A stretch of DNA of 64,000 nt from IMG/VR virus record IMGVR_UViG_3300027920_000641. One strand, 5' to 3'. A program made the position numbers and the translations under genes. The stretch comes from a virus. A model generated the notes under the pieces. That model searched no databases. It worked only from the letters and a program-made list of their open reading frames with translations, and was not told where the DNA came from. Every line of letters begins with the position of its first letter. Position 1 is the stretch's first letter. Shown here piece by piece: positions 1-8,946 of the stretch.

Positions 1-140
1 ACACTAATATATGTTTCAACAATAAGGTCACCAGTCAAGATTAAGTTGCCTTCTATGACAAGTTCTCCTCTAATATCGCCTTCTTTTTTGTAATCATTCA
101 TATTTACCTTTCCACATAGTTTTTATACATTTTTACTACT

Positions 141-374
141 TCAATACATCGCATCCCTAGCCTCCTCAGCAGACTTAGTAGCAATGAGGTGGAGTTGCTT
201 TGAAAAAAATGGTTCTACTTTTTTATCAATAAAGTCCTTAATAGCCTGACACTCGTCACACATATCGAACTCAATATTATCCATATCATGCCAACCACCA
301 CAATAAGTACCATGATTTGATCTAATTTTTTTTAACATCAACGATGCTTCCTCAATCATTTGCTCTGTTGTCAT
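141..374 (-). CDS. hypothetical small Cys/His-containing protein
   Basis: ORF track 77 aa; CGGWH..CDEC motif; part of head-to-tail minus-strand array. Confidence 0.5.
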   Translation of the reverse strand: MTTEQMIEEASLMLKKIRSNHGTYCGGWHDMDNIEFDMCDECQAIKDFIDKKVEPFFSKQLHLIATKSAEEARDAMY

Positions 375-387
375 TCTGTCCTCCCTG

Positions 388-633
388 CTAACTTTTTACT
401 TTAGCCCCTCGCTCCATTCTTTCAATATACCTGTACTCATGCATCCTCAAAGATATGACTTTCTCATTTTGTTTACAGTCAAGTTCTACTCTCCTTGTAA
501 TGCCCCAATGCATTCCATGATGATAATTATCTGCATCAGACTCGTTTGGGAAAATAGCACGAGGTGTTTTTGAATTACCAGAGTTGTAAACAGCCCACAT
601 TATTACTTTCATAACGTATTTCCTGCTAACCAT
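388..633 (-). CDS. hypothetical protein
   Basis: ORF track 81 aa; overlaps next gene start by 8 nt, as is typical for this array. Confidence 0.45.
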   Translation of the reverse strand: MVSRKYVMKVIMWAVYNSGNSKTPRAIFPNESDADNYHHGMHWGITRRVELDCKQNEKVISLRMHEYRYIERMERGAKVKS

Positions 634-1150
634 CTACTATTACTCCAAGTGCTTTGAAAAAGTCATCAACTTGGCTTTTGTTAATCCTAGTTGTTCCACC
701 CTTGCCGTAAAACTTTACATGCCAAAAGTCAGCACTTCCCAAGTCAGCACCTCTCAAGTTAGCACCTCCCAAGTAAGCACTTCCCAAGTCAGCACCTCTC
801 AAGTTAGCACCTCCCAAGTCAGCACCTTCCAAGTCAGCACTTCCCAAGTAAGCACTTCCCAAGTAAGCACTTCCCAAGTCAGCACCTCTCAAGTTAGCAC
901 CTCCCAAGTTAGCACCTCTCAAGTTAGCACTTCCCAAGTCAGCACTTACCAAGTCAGCACTTCCCAAGTTAGCACCTTCGCTTACAGCTTCCTCAACAGC
1001 TTCTTTTATAGTTGTTTTCTCACTCTCGTATAAAACTTCTCCAGCAAGTGTCTTAATCTGGATTTTAGTTTTACTGGTATTTTTATCCTTCTCCACTTGT
1101 TCTTTTATCAAGGCGTAAGTTTCGTCGCTTATTGTTATTGTTTTAGACAT
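626..1150 (-). CDS. pentapeptide-repeat protein
   Basis: About 20 tandem A(D/N)LxX pentapeptides ([28 protein letters not shown]...); the opposite-strand ORF 671..1033 is its shadow. Confidence 0.85.
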   Translation of the reverse strand: MSKTITISDETYALIKEQVEKDKNTSKTKIQIKTLAGEVLYESEKTTIKEAVEEAVSEGANLGSADLVSADLGSANLRGANLGGANLRGADLGSAYLGSAYLGSADLEGADLGGANLRGADLGSAYLGGANLRGADLGSADFWHVKFYGKGGTTRINKSQVDDFFKALGVIVDG

Positions 1151-1364
1151 TCTGTCCTCCTTTGCCTACTAACCATCTAAATAATACTGATGCAAATACT
1201 GTATCTTCAATAACTTCTAAATCCTCCCACCACTGATTGTCAAAGAACATACCCCAATGGTCACGTAGAGTTTTGGCGAGTTCTTCCCGTAGTGATTCGG
1301 GGAGTTGGTTGTATTCAGCTTCGGTTTGTTCAATCATAGTTTTTTTAACCTTTGGTTTTATCAA
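1143..1364 (-). CDS. hypothetical protein
   Basis: ORF track 73 aa, overlapping starts/stops with neighbours. Confidence 0.45.
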   Translation of the reverse strand: MIKPKVKKTMIEQTEAEYNQLPESLREELAKTLRDHWGMFFDNQWWEDLEVIEDTVFASVLFRWLVGKGGQNV

Positions 1365-1539
1365 TTATTTCAGAGATACATTTGCCACATATATCAAACG
1401 TTCTATCTATGGTATCTGAGTTTGGAGGGTCATATTTTATAGATATTGTTCCATATTTTCGTAAAATATGGCCCTCTGACATTGGGTATAACCGTTCTGT
1501 TTCTTTACAAAAATCACACTTGAAGATATTTGCAATCAT
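1345..1539 (-). CDS. hypothetical zinc-ribbon protein
   Basis: CDFC...CGKC two CxxC pairs, 64 aa. Confidence 0.45.
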   Translation of the reverse strand: MIANIFKCDFCKETERLYPMSEGHILRKYGTISIKYDPPNSDTIDRTFDICGKCISEIIDKTKG

Positions 1540-1694
1540 AGTTGTGCCCTATCGACATTTAATAAATCTCGCAGCTCTGCTTGAAGTTGTTTGCGGCCAA
1601 TCTTAACTCCATATTCAAAGATTTTTTTCAGTTCCTCTTTGTGTTTTTTTTTGTTTTCTTTTTCTTGTTTAGTTAGTTTCATAAAATCTTTTCG

Positions 1695-1913
1695 TCAACC
1701 AACTCTTACTAAGGAACCATTGAATATTTCGTATTTACCTTCTTTGCTTTCTATTCTTTTCTTTCCGCATTCACATTCGCTGCAGATCGCTGTTCCATCA
1801 ACCAGCTGGTAAGAACCAGAGTAGCTACTGTAACTTTGCGTTTTGATCGGATATTTAAGCTTTTTTACCGCGAAGTGGTGCGTATGAAACAGCTTTTTGA
1901 TAAAATTGTTCAT
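1695..1913 (-). CDS. hypothetical Cys-containing protein
   Basis: ORF track 72 aa; CSECECGKK; GGAGAAACAAA-ATG RBS. Confidence 0.45.
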   Translation of the reverse strand: MNNFIKKLFHTHHFAVKKLKYPIKTQSYSSYSGSYQLVDGTAICSECECGKKRIESKEGKYEIFNGSLVRVG

Positions 1914-2179
1914 TTTGTTTCTCCAGCCAGTTTTTTATTTATCTTTGTTTTATCAATCCAGTTAAGCTTCCTGTACATCTGTTTAAAATTATTGAACAGC
2001 CTACTATCAAAAATACCCTCTTTTTTCTGCTTATTACGATGTTGCTTGATTCTTTTCATTTATTGTCTCTCCTTGAATATTTTTACTACTTTCATCTTCA
2101 TCATATTGTGACTCATACATTCCAGTTAGATAGTCAGTAACTAGTTCGTCAAATATTTTGTCATTAATGTCGTCTAGGT

Positions 2180-2920
2180 TCATGTATCTTTTTTCCCGCA
2201 AACAACGCACTCTTTGTATGTGGATAACTTATTTGATGTTGCTTCGCATTCTAGCCAGTAGGGTCGAGCTACTCTAACCATTTTCCATTGATGCCGATGA
2301 TCAACTCTTGCGTGCATTACTGCGTGTTTGCGATACTTGAAAGCAGTTAGTACGTCCTCTAGTGAAACTGGTTTGAATCTTTGGGGGTCTGCTCCAACAT
2401 CAAAGTGGTTTTCTGTTGTGAGAATACCCCTGTGATCGTTTCCATGAAGATGGCCGTGTATGTTGTACCACCCGACGGGCAGATCAGTAACTGGCTCATG
2501 GGTAAATAAAAGATGGAATCTATACTTAATATCTATACCTTTAGCGAAGTCTATCTCTAGAAGCTTGTAGCAATCTGGAATAACCGTAAATCCGCAGTCA
2601 GCATACCACCCAACCGAGTGTTTGTCATGATTCCCGAGAACCAGATACTTCTTACCCATAAGCTTCCTAGTCCACTTAATTGTTTCCTGTTTATTAACCA
2701 TCGTTAGGTCTCCCAGGTGTAGCACCGTGTCCTGGTCATTAACTACTTTGTTCCACGCTGAAACAATCTCTTCGTTAAATGATTCAGTTCTTTCTCCAAT
2801 TTCAAATAGTTTTGAGTGGCCAAAGTGTGTGTCTGCAGTTAAGTATGTAGAGGTGGTAATTTTCATAAGAATAAAATTAATAGTCCAGTAATCCAGCTTA
2901 TTCCCATACAGACCGCGCAA
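2180..2920 (-). CDS. calcineurin-like metallophosphoesterase
   Basis: Motifs DTHFGH ... LGDL ... GNHD ... HGHLHG in canonical order; alternative start at 2866 (MKITT). Confidence 0.8.
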   Translation of the reverse strand: MRGLYGNKLDYWTINFILMKITTSTYLTADTHFGHSKLFEIGERTESFNEEIVSAWNKVVNDQDTVLHLGDLTMVNKQETIKWTRKLMGKKYLVLGNHDKHSVGWYADCGFTVIPDCYKLLEIDFAKGIDIKYRFHLLFTHEPVTDLPVGWYNIHGHLHGNDHRGILTTENHFDVGADPQRFKPVSLEDVLTAFKYRKHAVMHARVDHRHQWKMVRVARPYWLECEATSNKLSTYKECVVCGKKDT

Positions 2921-2984
2921 AACGCGAAGAAACGGCGTTTTATTGTTTCGATGCTACTTTCCACGTTCTCTCCTAGTCCACTTT

Positions 2985-3302
2985 CTATTTACACTCTACG
3001 TTATACTGACCAGACAACAGCATTGGTTTGTCTGTTTTAGGCATTGTGCTGGATGACGAATATCCACTATGTCCCCCGCTACTCCAGTCATACCAAGGGT
3101 ATCTTGGGTAAGTTGGATAGGTCTTAATTAGCTCAATGACGACTGGTCTATTCCAGTTGTTTATCACGGTGTTTGTCTCAAGCGTAAATTGTTTCCACTC
3201 GTTATTGGGGAATAGTTGCTTGAGAGTTTTGATCAGACTATCTAGTTTAACCGACTCCTCTAACTTGATGGTTTTTTTACTTGTGTCGATTTGTAGTTTC
3301 AT
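2985..3302 (-). CDS. hypothetical protein
   Basis: ORF track 105 aa. Confidence 0.5.
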   Translation of the reverse strand: MKLQIDTSKKTIKLEESVKLDSLIKTLKQLFPNNEWKQFTLETNTVINNWNRPVVIELIKTYPTYPRYPWYDWSSGGHSGYSSSSTMPKTDKPMLLSGQYNVECK

Positions 3303-3335
3303 TTTTCCTTTTGTTAACTTTTTATAAACCTCATG

Positions 3336-3782
3336 CTATTCAACAAAGAGATCAAGACAGGCGTAAGCAGCATTCCTCATTGGTTTAGGCATAGCGTCAT
3401 TTTCATCCATTTCTAGAATATCTGCCGCCATCTGATAAATTGACTCCCTTGTGTTGTTTGACTCTAGGTGTTTTAAAGTACAGTTACAGTATTCTTCCTG
3501 TAATCCGTCGGAGTTGCAGGCCTCAACGAATCCAATTTCAAAATCTTGCCACTGGGAGTTACTGATACCAGTTCTACCTCTTTCTTCGGCATATTCCTGG
3601 ATTTCGGTTAAGCTGTATTTTTTCTCTCCCACATCTGGTTTTACAATCCATGCTATTATGATAAACCCAGCGATCGCCAGTCCTACAAGGACGAGGGCAT
3701 TTTTTGTTTGTTCTTTCATTTTGACCTTTTTAACTAATTTGTACTTGTCACTAAGGGGCTTCGTAAAGCCCCCTAGTCGCAA
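3336..3782 (-). CDS. membrane protein (single TM), possible NfeD-like partner of SPFH protein
   Basis: Hydrophobic segment ALVLVGLAIAGFIIIAWIV; immediately downstream of the SPFH gene. Confidence 0.5.
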   Translation of the reverse strand: MRLGGFTKPLSDKYKLVKKVKMKEQTKNALVLVGLAIAGFIIIAWIVKPDVGEKKYSLTEIQEYAEERGRTGISNSQWQDFEIGFVEACNSDGLQEEYCNCTLKHLESNNTRESIYQMAADILEMDENDAMPKPMRNAAYACLDLFVE

Positions 3783-3783
3783 G

Positions 3784-4614
3784 TCATTGCCCCGTGATGT
3801 TCATTAGGAGCTGGTTGTCTCCACTAATTACATTTGGCAACACTCCATTCCATTTCTCATAGAACTTGTTTTGGAGTACCTGAGAGGAGAGTGATTCTTG
3901 TAGCAATCTCTGCTTTTCAGCTTCAGCCTCGGCCTCGGTGATCGTCTGATCTTTCTTAAACTTGGCTGCTTCTGCCTGATTTTTAGCTGTTTCAATCTTC
4001 ACAGCCTCAATCTGCTTGGCTTCAATGGCGTTGATATAGTCCTCTTTGAACTTGATTTCCCTGATACCAACCGAGTCAAGAATGATTCCATTTTCCTCAA
4101 ATGTGCTTCTGAGTGAATCAGCAATCTTGTTTTGCACTTCTACTACGTTGCCAGTGTAGAGTTGATTAGCTTCAAACTCTCTAGGTATGTTTCTAGCCCA
4201 AATCCTAGACTCAGTTTTGACTATCTTTTCTACCAAGGCATTCTCCCCACCAATGTTTTGAGCCACGTAGGTAGCCATTGTTGGGTCAACTGAGAACCGA
4301 ATGGTGTAATACACATCTACCTGCTGGCCATCGCTGGTATTGGTGTCCACTGGGTAGTCTTTGTAGTCTGCCTCAGAGCCTTTTTGCTTTTCCTCAGGGG
4401 TGGTTTCATACGTTACTTTTTTGGTTGAGTAACTGATTGTTCCCTGAATGAACGGAGTAATAAAGTGTGCTCCAGGCTCAAGCACTCGACCAGTTACTTT
4501 CCCAAACTGGGTTACTACTTTAACCTCTCCAGTGCTGACTGTTTTGAATGAGAGAAAAAAAACAAGTATTGCTATTCCCCCCAGTGTTCCAAGCGCATAG
4601 AGTATCTTCTCCAT
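3784..4614 (-). CDS. SPFH/band-7 (stomatin/prohibitin/HflC-like) membrane protein
   Basis: N-terminal TM then GEVKVVTQFGKVTGRVLEPGAHFITPF SPFH core; Glu/Ala/Lys-rich coiled-coil C-terminus. Confidence 0.8.
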   Translation of the reverse strand: MEKILYALGTLGGIAILVFFLSFKTVSTGEVKVVTQFGKVTGRVLEPGAHFITPFIQGTISYSTKKVTYETTPEEKQKGSEADYKDYPVDTNTSDGQQVDVYYTIRFSVDPTMATYVAQNIGGENALVEKIVKTESRIWARNIPREFEANQLYTGNVVEVQNKIADSLRSTFEENGIILDSVGIREIKFKEDYINAIEAKQIEAVKIETAKNQAEAAKFKKDQTITEAEAEAEKQRLLQESLSSQVLQNKFYEKWNGVLPNVISGDNQLLMNITGQ

Positions 4615-4634
4615 AATTCTCCTTTATTATTTTA

Positions 4635-5048
4635 CTACTTTACTACTTCTCTGAAAATAAAAGTTCCCTTAGTATCCTGTTTTTGTCTGCGCCTAGTCCT
4701 AACGGCCGATGAGGTTGCTTCTAAGTTCGGGAAGATTTCCTGCAATTTGCGCCTAGCCCTAGCTACAGTTTCATAACTTGGCAGATCTCCAGAGATTAGA
4801 TCTTCAAGTAAAATCGCTTCTTTATCTCCGAACCAAACCCTCTCTGTCCAGTTGTGCTCGTTCACAATCTTGCCCATTTGTCTGAAGACTTCAGTGAGCA
4901 ATAGTTTGTCTGAGTTCCTGGTTTCAGGCTTATTGATGAGTATATTCTTGATTAAGTCGTATGTTTTCATTTTGCTCCATAAAAATACATGGTAAAGAGT
5001 ATGTAAATTACTGTTGTAATAATAAAAATAAAGACCAAGTTTATCCAT
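4635..5048 (-). CDS. hypothetical protein
   Basis: ORF track 137 aa. Confidence 0.5.
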   Translation of the reverse strand: MDKLGLYFYYYNSNLHTLYHVFLWSKMKTYDLIKNILINKPETRNSDKLLLTEVFRQMGKIVNEHNWTERVWFGDKEAILLEDLISGDLPSYETVARARRKLQEIFPNLEATSSAVRTRRRQKQDTKGTFIFREVVK

Positions 5049-5058
5049 CGATTAAATG

Positions 5059-5265
5059 TCATGCTGTTTTTTCCTTTCTGTCTTCTCGATATTTATCCCA
5101 TCGTTTTTTTGCACTGATCTTCCCCATATTGGAAAAATACTCTCGACCCTTTTCCTTGTTTTTAGCCCCACCAGCACGTCCTAGGGAAGCCATGTATTCC
5201 GATATGATGGGATTTACTGTTGATTTTGTCATATTACTTTCTAAGACTGATCCCCCAAGGGACAC
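5059..5265 (-). CDS. small KGG-motif stress-protein-like peptide
   Basis: GRAGGAKNKEKGREYFSNMGKISAKKRW resembles the KGG-repeat general stress proteins (YciG-like). Confidence 0.4.
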   Translation of the reverse strand: MSLGGSVLESNMTKSTVNPIISEYMASLGRAGGAKNKEKGREYFSNMGKISAKKRWDKYREDRKEKTA

Positions 5266-5458
5266 TCTTATTTCTTTTTTTAACGGCGCTAGCTAACTTT
5301 AGCGCCTTTAGTACGATCTCAGTTCTTTTCCCATTATTTAAGTAGAGATCTTCTACGAAAGCAATGGTTAGTGCGTGGATTAAATCACTATCTTCCCCAA
5401 TAGTTTTTACCTTGATTGTATTGGTATTTTTCTCAATGGAGAAAACAGTTTTGCTCAT
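5234..5458 (-). CDS. hypothetical protein
   Basis: ORF track 74 aa. Confidence 0.45.
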   Translation of the reverse strand: MSKTVFSIEKNTNTIKVKTIGEDSDLIHALTIAFVEDLYLNNGKRTEIVLKALKLASAVKKRNKSVPWGISLRK

Positions 5459-5580
5459 ATAATTTCCTTAATTACCATTTCTAACATTGAGTAAGTGAAA
5501 AACAATGCAAATGCTATTACTAGAATTGTTGCTGATCCAAAGAACAGGATCAAATAGGTTGCTGGGAATATATTCTTCAT
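5455..5580 (-). CDS. small hydrophobic membrane peptide (41 aa)
   Basis: Self-translated MKNIFPATYLILFFGSATILVIAFALFF...; stop overlaps downstream ATG (ATGA); sigma70-like promoter just upstream; coordinates approximate. Confidence 0.3.
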   Translation of the reverse strand: MKNIFPATYLILFFGSATILVIAFALFFTYSMLEMVIKEII

Positions 5581-5618
5581 ATTTTTCTTTCTAATAGTAT
5601 CATATTATGCCATGTTTG

Positions 5619-5795
5619 TCAATGACTCTTTATACACAGGGGGTTCTCTTTATCTTGGTTTATCAACATAGTTTTCATTTTGCAGACAGCAAGTATATCT
5701 CCAGATGGCTCATAAAGTCTCCCAGACAAAAAGAATAGACTGGACGAAGCTATCATGCATAACAAAATTACAATTTTCAAAGTTGTTTTTTTCAT
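5619..5795 (-). CDS. small secreted peptide (58 aa) with signal-peptide-like N-terminus
   Basis: Self-translated MKKTTLKIVILLCMIASSSLFF...; GAGGGG RBS; coordinates approximate. Confidence 0.3.
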   Translation of the reverse strand: MKKTTLKIVILLCMIASSSLFFLSGRLYEPSGDILAVCKMKTMLINQDKENPLCIKSH

Positions 5796-5870
5796 AAGTT
5801 CCCCTCTAGCTCGGGGGATCTTCTCGCTAGTTTTACAACCACCGAGAGATCTCCCCTTTATTGACTAGCA

Positions 5871-6116
5871 TTATTTGCCAGACTCCAATACTGCTTCTAG
5901 TACCACGGCGTACTTATTGCCGTCTTTGTCGAAGATTGTGTCTACCAAGAATGCTTCCTCTACCTTGCACCCAGTTTCTTCGATATTGACTGCTCGATAA
6001 ATCTTGCAAACCTCTCTGTTTGCCGACTCAACTGCTTCCTCTGGGCTATTCGCCGCGACTGAAACCGAGTCCTCTTCCGCTGTTTCTGTTACATACCTTA
6101 CGTCGTAAAATTGCAT
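5871..6116 (-). CDS. hypothetical protein
   Basis: ORF track 81 aa. Confidence 0.5.
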   Translation of the reverse strand: MQFYDVRYVTETAEEDSVSVAANSPEEAVESANREVCKIYRAVNIEETGCKVEEAFLVDTIFDKDGNKYAVVLEAVLESGK

Positions 6117-6316
6117 ATATTTTCTTTCTATTTTTACTAATTACTACTTGACTTTTTTTCTCTAGTCATATAGAGTTATTTTAATCTTTTTTTACATAGC
6201 TTTGTTCCTTAAAATAAGCGCTTAGTAAGAGGGTTCTGGCTATAAGTTTAAACCTGTTATGACTTAGCTCAGTTTCGGTTACCTGCCAAGGAGTGAGTAA
6301 CTGAGTACCAGACTTT

Positions 6317-6775
6317 TTATCTTTCAAACTCTAAGCCTTCTTTTGCAATCACACTAATCCCTCTAGTTTTTGCCCATTTCAGCGCTCCTTGCCACTCTGT
6401 GTCAGTGAAGTCTCCATCGCTAGACACCCTAATTGATGGTATGAAGTTCCCCAAAACTAAGTACACCTTCATCACATATTCGTCATATGGTTTAAACGCA
6501 GTTTTACAACAAGTAAAGTACTCATTGTCTACCGTAAAATACCAACCGCTGTCTTTTGGGTTTGATGAGTACCAGCAGGTTTCGTGTCCATCTTCTCCCT
6601 TACCATTAAACCTGATTTCCTCTTTTGTTACCAGCGGTTTACTTGGGTCGTTATATTCGAGTTGCAGTATTTCCTTTTCCCAACCCTCCTCAATTACTTC
6701 CTTGAGTATCTCCAGTGCTTTATCTGGAATATCCTCTGGTTTCTTAGTGTTGTATAGATAGTGTGTGTAGCCCAT
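6317..6775 (-). CDS. hypothetical protein
   Basis: ORF track 152 aa. Confidence 0.55.
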   Translation of the reverse strand: MGYTHYLYNTKKPEDIPDKALEILKEVIEEGWEKEILQLEYNDPSKPLVTKEEIRFNGKGEDGHETCWYSSNPKDSGWYFTVDNEYFTCCKTAFKPYDEYVMKVYLVLGNFIPSIRVSSDGDFTDTEWQGALKWAKTRGISVIAKEGLEFER

Positions 6776-6784
6776 ATATTCTCC

Positions 6785-7087
6785 TTATTTAATTATTGTT
6801 TTGATACCGACCTCTGTCCAGTGCATGTCCCGCTCTATTCCTAGCCCAAACCGCCCGCGGTACGATTGCAATTCTTCTAGTGCGAATGATCCCCACTCAT
6901 CGTTATGATCTTTGAAGATAGATACATATCCAAAAAAGATTTGATCTTTTGGGTCATATTCGGTTGCATACCAGTCTCCAGCCCCAGTGGGGTTGAAAAA
7001 GTGAGCCACCACAATGGGGTTCTCTTTTCCTTCTTGATTACCGATCTTAGCAAATCTTTCTTCCAAGCCTTTTGTCATTAGTTTCAT
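6785..7087 (-). CDS. hypothetical protein
   Basis: ORF track 100 aa. Confidence 0.5.
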   Translation of the reverse strand: MKLMTKGLEERFAKIGNQEGKENPIVVAHFFNPTGAGDWYATEYDPKDQIFFGYVSIFKDHNDEWGSFALEELQSYRGRFGLGIERDMHWTEVGIKTIIK

Positions 7088-7380
7088 AAGACTCCTATCT
7101 TTTTTAATAGCCCTTGCTCCACAAAAGCTATGTGCCTACTTGGTACTTCTTTGTCAAATATCCTCTTGAAAGCAGATGTTTTAATCACTGCAATTGACCC
7201 AGTATTTTCTTCGATTAATAACACCCCCTTAGTCAAGTACTGTTCCCTACACTCATCGCGTGGTTCGGGTGTAACGGTGTGCATTTCGAAGGTTGGTTTT
7301 AATCTTCGATCCATGAGTAGCGTGCCAGTATCTTTTCTGCAAATCGGGCAAACCGCTAGTGTTACATAAGATTTCTCCAT
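7084..7380 (-). CDS. hypothetical protein
   Basis: ORF track 98 aa; GGGGGGAAGT-ATG RBS; promoter TTGACA-16-TATAGT upstream. Confidence 0.5.
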   Translation of the reverse strand: MEKSYVTLAVCPICRKDTGTLLMDRRLKPTFEMHTVTPEPRDECREQYLTKGVLLIEENTGSIAVIKTSAFKRIFDKEVPSRHIAFVEQGLLKKIGVL

Positions 7381-7400
7381 ACTTCCCCCCTTATTACTAT

Positions 7401-7428
7401 ACTATACTATATTCTCCACAATTGTCAA
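7401..7428 (-). promoter_or_regulatory. sigma70-type promoter (TTGACA-16-TATAGT)
   Basis: Reverse complement reads TTGACAattgtggagaatatagTATAGT; about 14-nt leader to the ATG at 7380. Confidence 0.5.
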
Positions 7429-7453
7429 TATATCTTTCTATATCAAACTATTC

Positions 7454-7624
7454 CTACAACAAATTGATGATGCTGTATTCCTCATTAATGTATTCGATAT
7501 TTGCAACATCTTCTGGGTGTATCTCTGCAAACTTATTTTTTGCATCTTCCAGATCGATTGCTTCTATGACTGCGAGTTCAAAGTCATGTTTATCGGTTTC
7601 CTTAACTCCAAAATAGTAGTTCAT
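7454..7624 (-). CDS. hypothetical small protein (56 aa)
   Basis: Self-translated MNYYFGVKETDKHDFELAV...; GGGGG RBS 5 nt before ATG; ATGA overlap with upstream gene. Confidence 0.4.
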   Translation of the reverse strand: MNYYFGVKETDKHDFELAVIEAIDLEDAKNKFAEIHPEDVANIEYINEEYSIINLL

Positions 7625-7788
7625 AGAACCCCCTTTGCTTCCTCAATTATTTTCATTACTATTGCCTGAGCAACTCCCTGCAAATCACTGGTGGTGTACT
7701 CATCTCGTTTATAAACTAAGTCGAGTATTTCATCTGTGTACTTCAATTCGATCATTACTTTTTTCAGTGCTTTTTCTTCTATTGTCAT
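7621..7788 (-). CDS. hypothetical small protein (55 aa)
   Basis: Self-translated MTIEEKALKKVMIELKY...; GGGGGGAATT-ATG motif. Confidence 0.4.
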   Translation of the reverse strand: MTIEEKALKKVMIELKYTDEILDLVYKRDEYTTSDLQGVAQAIVMKIIEEAKGVL

Positions 7789-7812
7789 AATTCCCCCCTT
7801 GTACTAACTTCT

Positions 7813-7841
7813 ATTATAGCACACTGAGTGTTATATGTCAA
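7813..7841 (-). promoter_or_regulatory. consensus sigma70 promoter (TTGACA-17-TATAAT)
   Basis: Reverse complement TTGACAtataacactcagtgtgcTATAAT; member of a repeated roughly 30-nt promoter family. Confidence 0.65.
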
Positions 7842-7844
7842 TAG

Positions 7845-8054
7845 TTATTTTCCCCCCATCTCGGTCGCTTCTACCAAATGGTTATAAGTACGCTTTTTTT
7901 CAATAGTAAACTCAAACCCGTTTATCATCTGCATAATTGTTGACACTGGTAGGCGGTACTCGTTGCCCTCATCATCAAAAACCCTCAATTGATTATTTGC
8001 GTACATTGTATTCAGTGTTTCAATAACAACTATTTTCTGACCCGCTATTTTCAT
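7845..8054 (-). CDS. hypothetical protein
   Basis: ORF track 69 aa. Confidence 0.45.
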   Translation of the reverse strand: MKIAGQKIVVIETLNTMYANNQLRVFDDEGNEYRLPVSTIMQMINGFEFTIEKKRTYNHLVEATEMGGK

Positions 8055-8056
8055 AA

Positions 8057-8215
8057 TTACTCCTCTTTATACTCCTCATACTCCTCTACTTCTTTTTTGA
8101 ATAGTTCTGGCTTATATGTGCCATTTGCTATATCAACCAGTGTTTCAATCGCATCAACCTCTGGGCTACTTGTACCCAACCATTTTTCTACCATTTCAAA
8201 AGTAACTTTGGTCAT
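8057..8215 (-). CDS. hypothetical small acidic protein (52 aa)
   Basis: Self-translated MTKVTFEMVEKWLG...; GGGGGAATT-ATG motif. Confidence 0.4.
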   Translation of the reverse strand: MTKVTFEMVEKWLGTSSPEVDAIETLVDIANGTYKPELFKKEVEEYEEYKEE

Positions 8216-8224
8216 AATTCCCCC

Positions 8225-8383
8225 TTATTCACTATCTTTATACGCTTCTGGCGAGGTAACTACTTCATGTTCAGTACTATCAACCTCCCCACTCATAACT
8301 AACTCGATTGCTCCTGCTTCATCTTTGGCTTCTACTCGTTCTGCTCTCATCTGGCAATCATAAACAACTGTAAAAAATGGCAT
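8225..8383 (-). CDS. hypothetical small protein (52 aa)
   Basis: Self-translated MPFFTVVYDCQMRAERVEAKDEAG...; AAAGGAAATT-ATG. Confidence 0.35.
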   Translation of the reverse strand: MPFFTVVYDCQMRAERVEAKDEAGAIELVMSGEVDSTEHEVVTSPEAYKDSE

Positions 8384-8397
8384 AATTTCCTTTCTAA

Positions 8398-8556
8398 TTA
8401 ACTATTGGCATTTAATATGTTCAACTCTTTTCTTATTTTTTCAACTAACTCATCTACCTCGTCTCCGTCTAGTGGTTCATTATCATTAAATGATAAGACT
8501 AATTTGTGTATTTTTTCTGCCGATGTCTTTGCGATCCAACTCTTGATATTCTTCAT
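8398..8556 (-). CDS. hypothetical small protein (52 aa)
   Basis: Self-translated MKNIKSWIAKTSAEK...; GGAGGAGGT-ATG RBS. Confidence 0.4.
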   Translation of the reverse strand: MKNIKSWIAKTSAEKIHKLVLSFNDNEPLDGDEVDELVEKIRKELNILNANS

Positions 8557-8702
8557 ACCTCCTCCGTATCGTATATTTCTACCGCGTACAGTCCGTTCTT
8601 GATTGCGAAGTCAACTCTCTTTAGTGCTTCTGCTTCATTTTCCGCTTCTGGGTGTTCATCAAGCGTGATATCGATAAAGTATCTGATCATTTTTTTCTTC
8701 AT
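8553..8702 (-). CDS. hypothetical small protein (49 aa)
   Basis: Self-translated MKKKMIRYFIDITLDEHPEAE...; G6 RBS; ATGA overlap. Confidence 0.35.
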   Translation of the reverse strand: MKKKMIRYFIDITLDEHPEAENEAEALKRVDFAIKNGLYAVEIYDTEEV

Positions 8703-8728
8703 ATTTTCTGCCCCCCTTTATATCTTCT

Positions 8729-8757
8729 ATTATAACATACTGTCTGTTATATGTCAA
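8729..8757 (-). promoter_or_regulatory. consensus sigma70 promoter (TTGACA-17-TATAAT)
   Basis: Reverse complement TTGACAtataacagacagtatgtTATAAT. Confidence 0.65.
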
Positions 8758-8766
8758 GCATCATTT

Positions 8767-8946
8767 CTAAGTAACTTTTTTTGTTTTTTCCCTATCAATT
8801 AATAATTCCGAGTCAACTAGCTTGTAGACTTGCTCCATAATTCCATCGACTGTTTGATCTGCTAACTCGTGCTGTAAAGTCTTAATAAGTCTTGACCTGA
8901 TCACGATGTTTCTAGACAATAGTTTCTGCATTTCTGGCGTGTTCAT
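8767..8946 (-). CDS. hypothetical small protein (59 aa)
   Basis: Internal start MNTPEM of track ORF 8767..9018; GGGAGATT-ATG; ATGA overlap with upstream gene stop. Confidence 0.4.
   Translation of the reverse strand: MNTPEMQKLLSRNIVIRSRLIKTLQHELADQTVDGIMEQVYKLVDSELLIDREKTKKVT

Noticed and set aside
671-1033. Plus-strand 120-aa ORF full of VSTSQ repeats
   Set aside because: It is the mirror image of the minus-strand pentapeptide-repeat gene. The repeat periodicity creates an open frame on the opposite strand, and the gene orientation of the whole module is minus.
5801-5860. Imperfect inverted repeat gggggatcttctcg ... cgagagatctcccc downstream of the 5871 gene (possible terminator)
   Set aside because: The stem has several mismatches and no U-tract on the transcribed strand, so it is not convincing enough to call.
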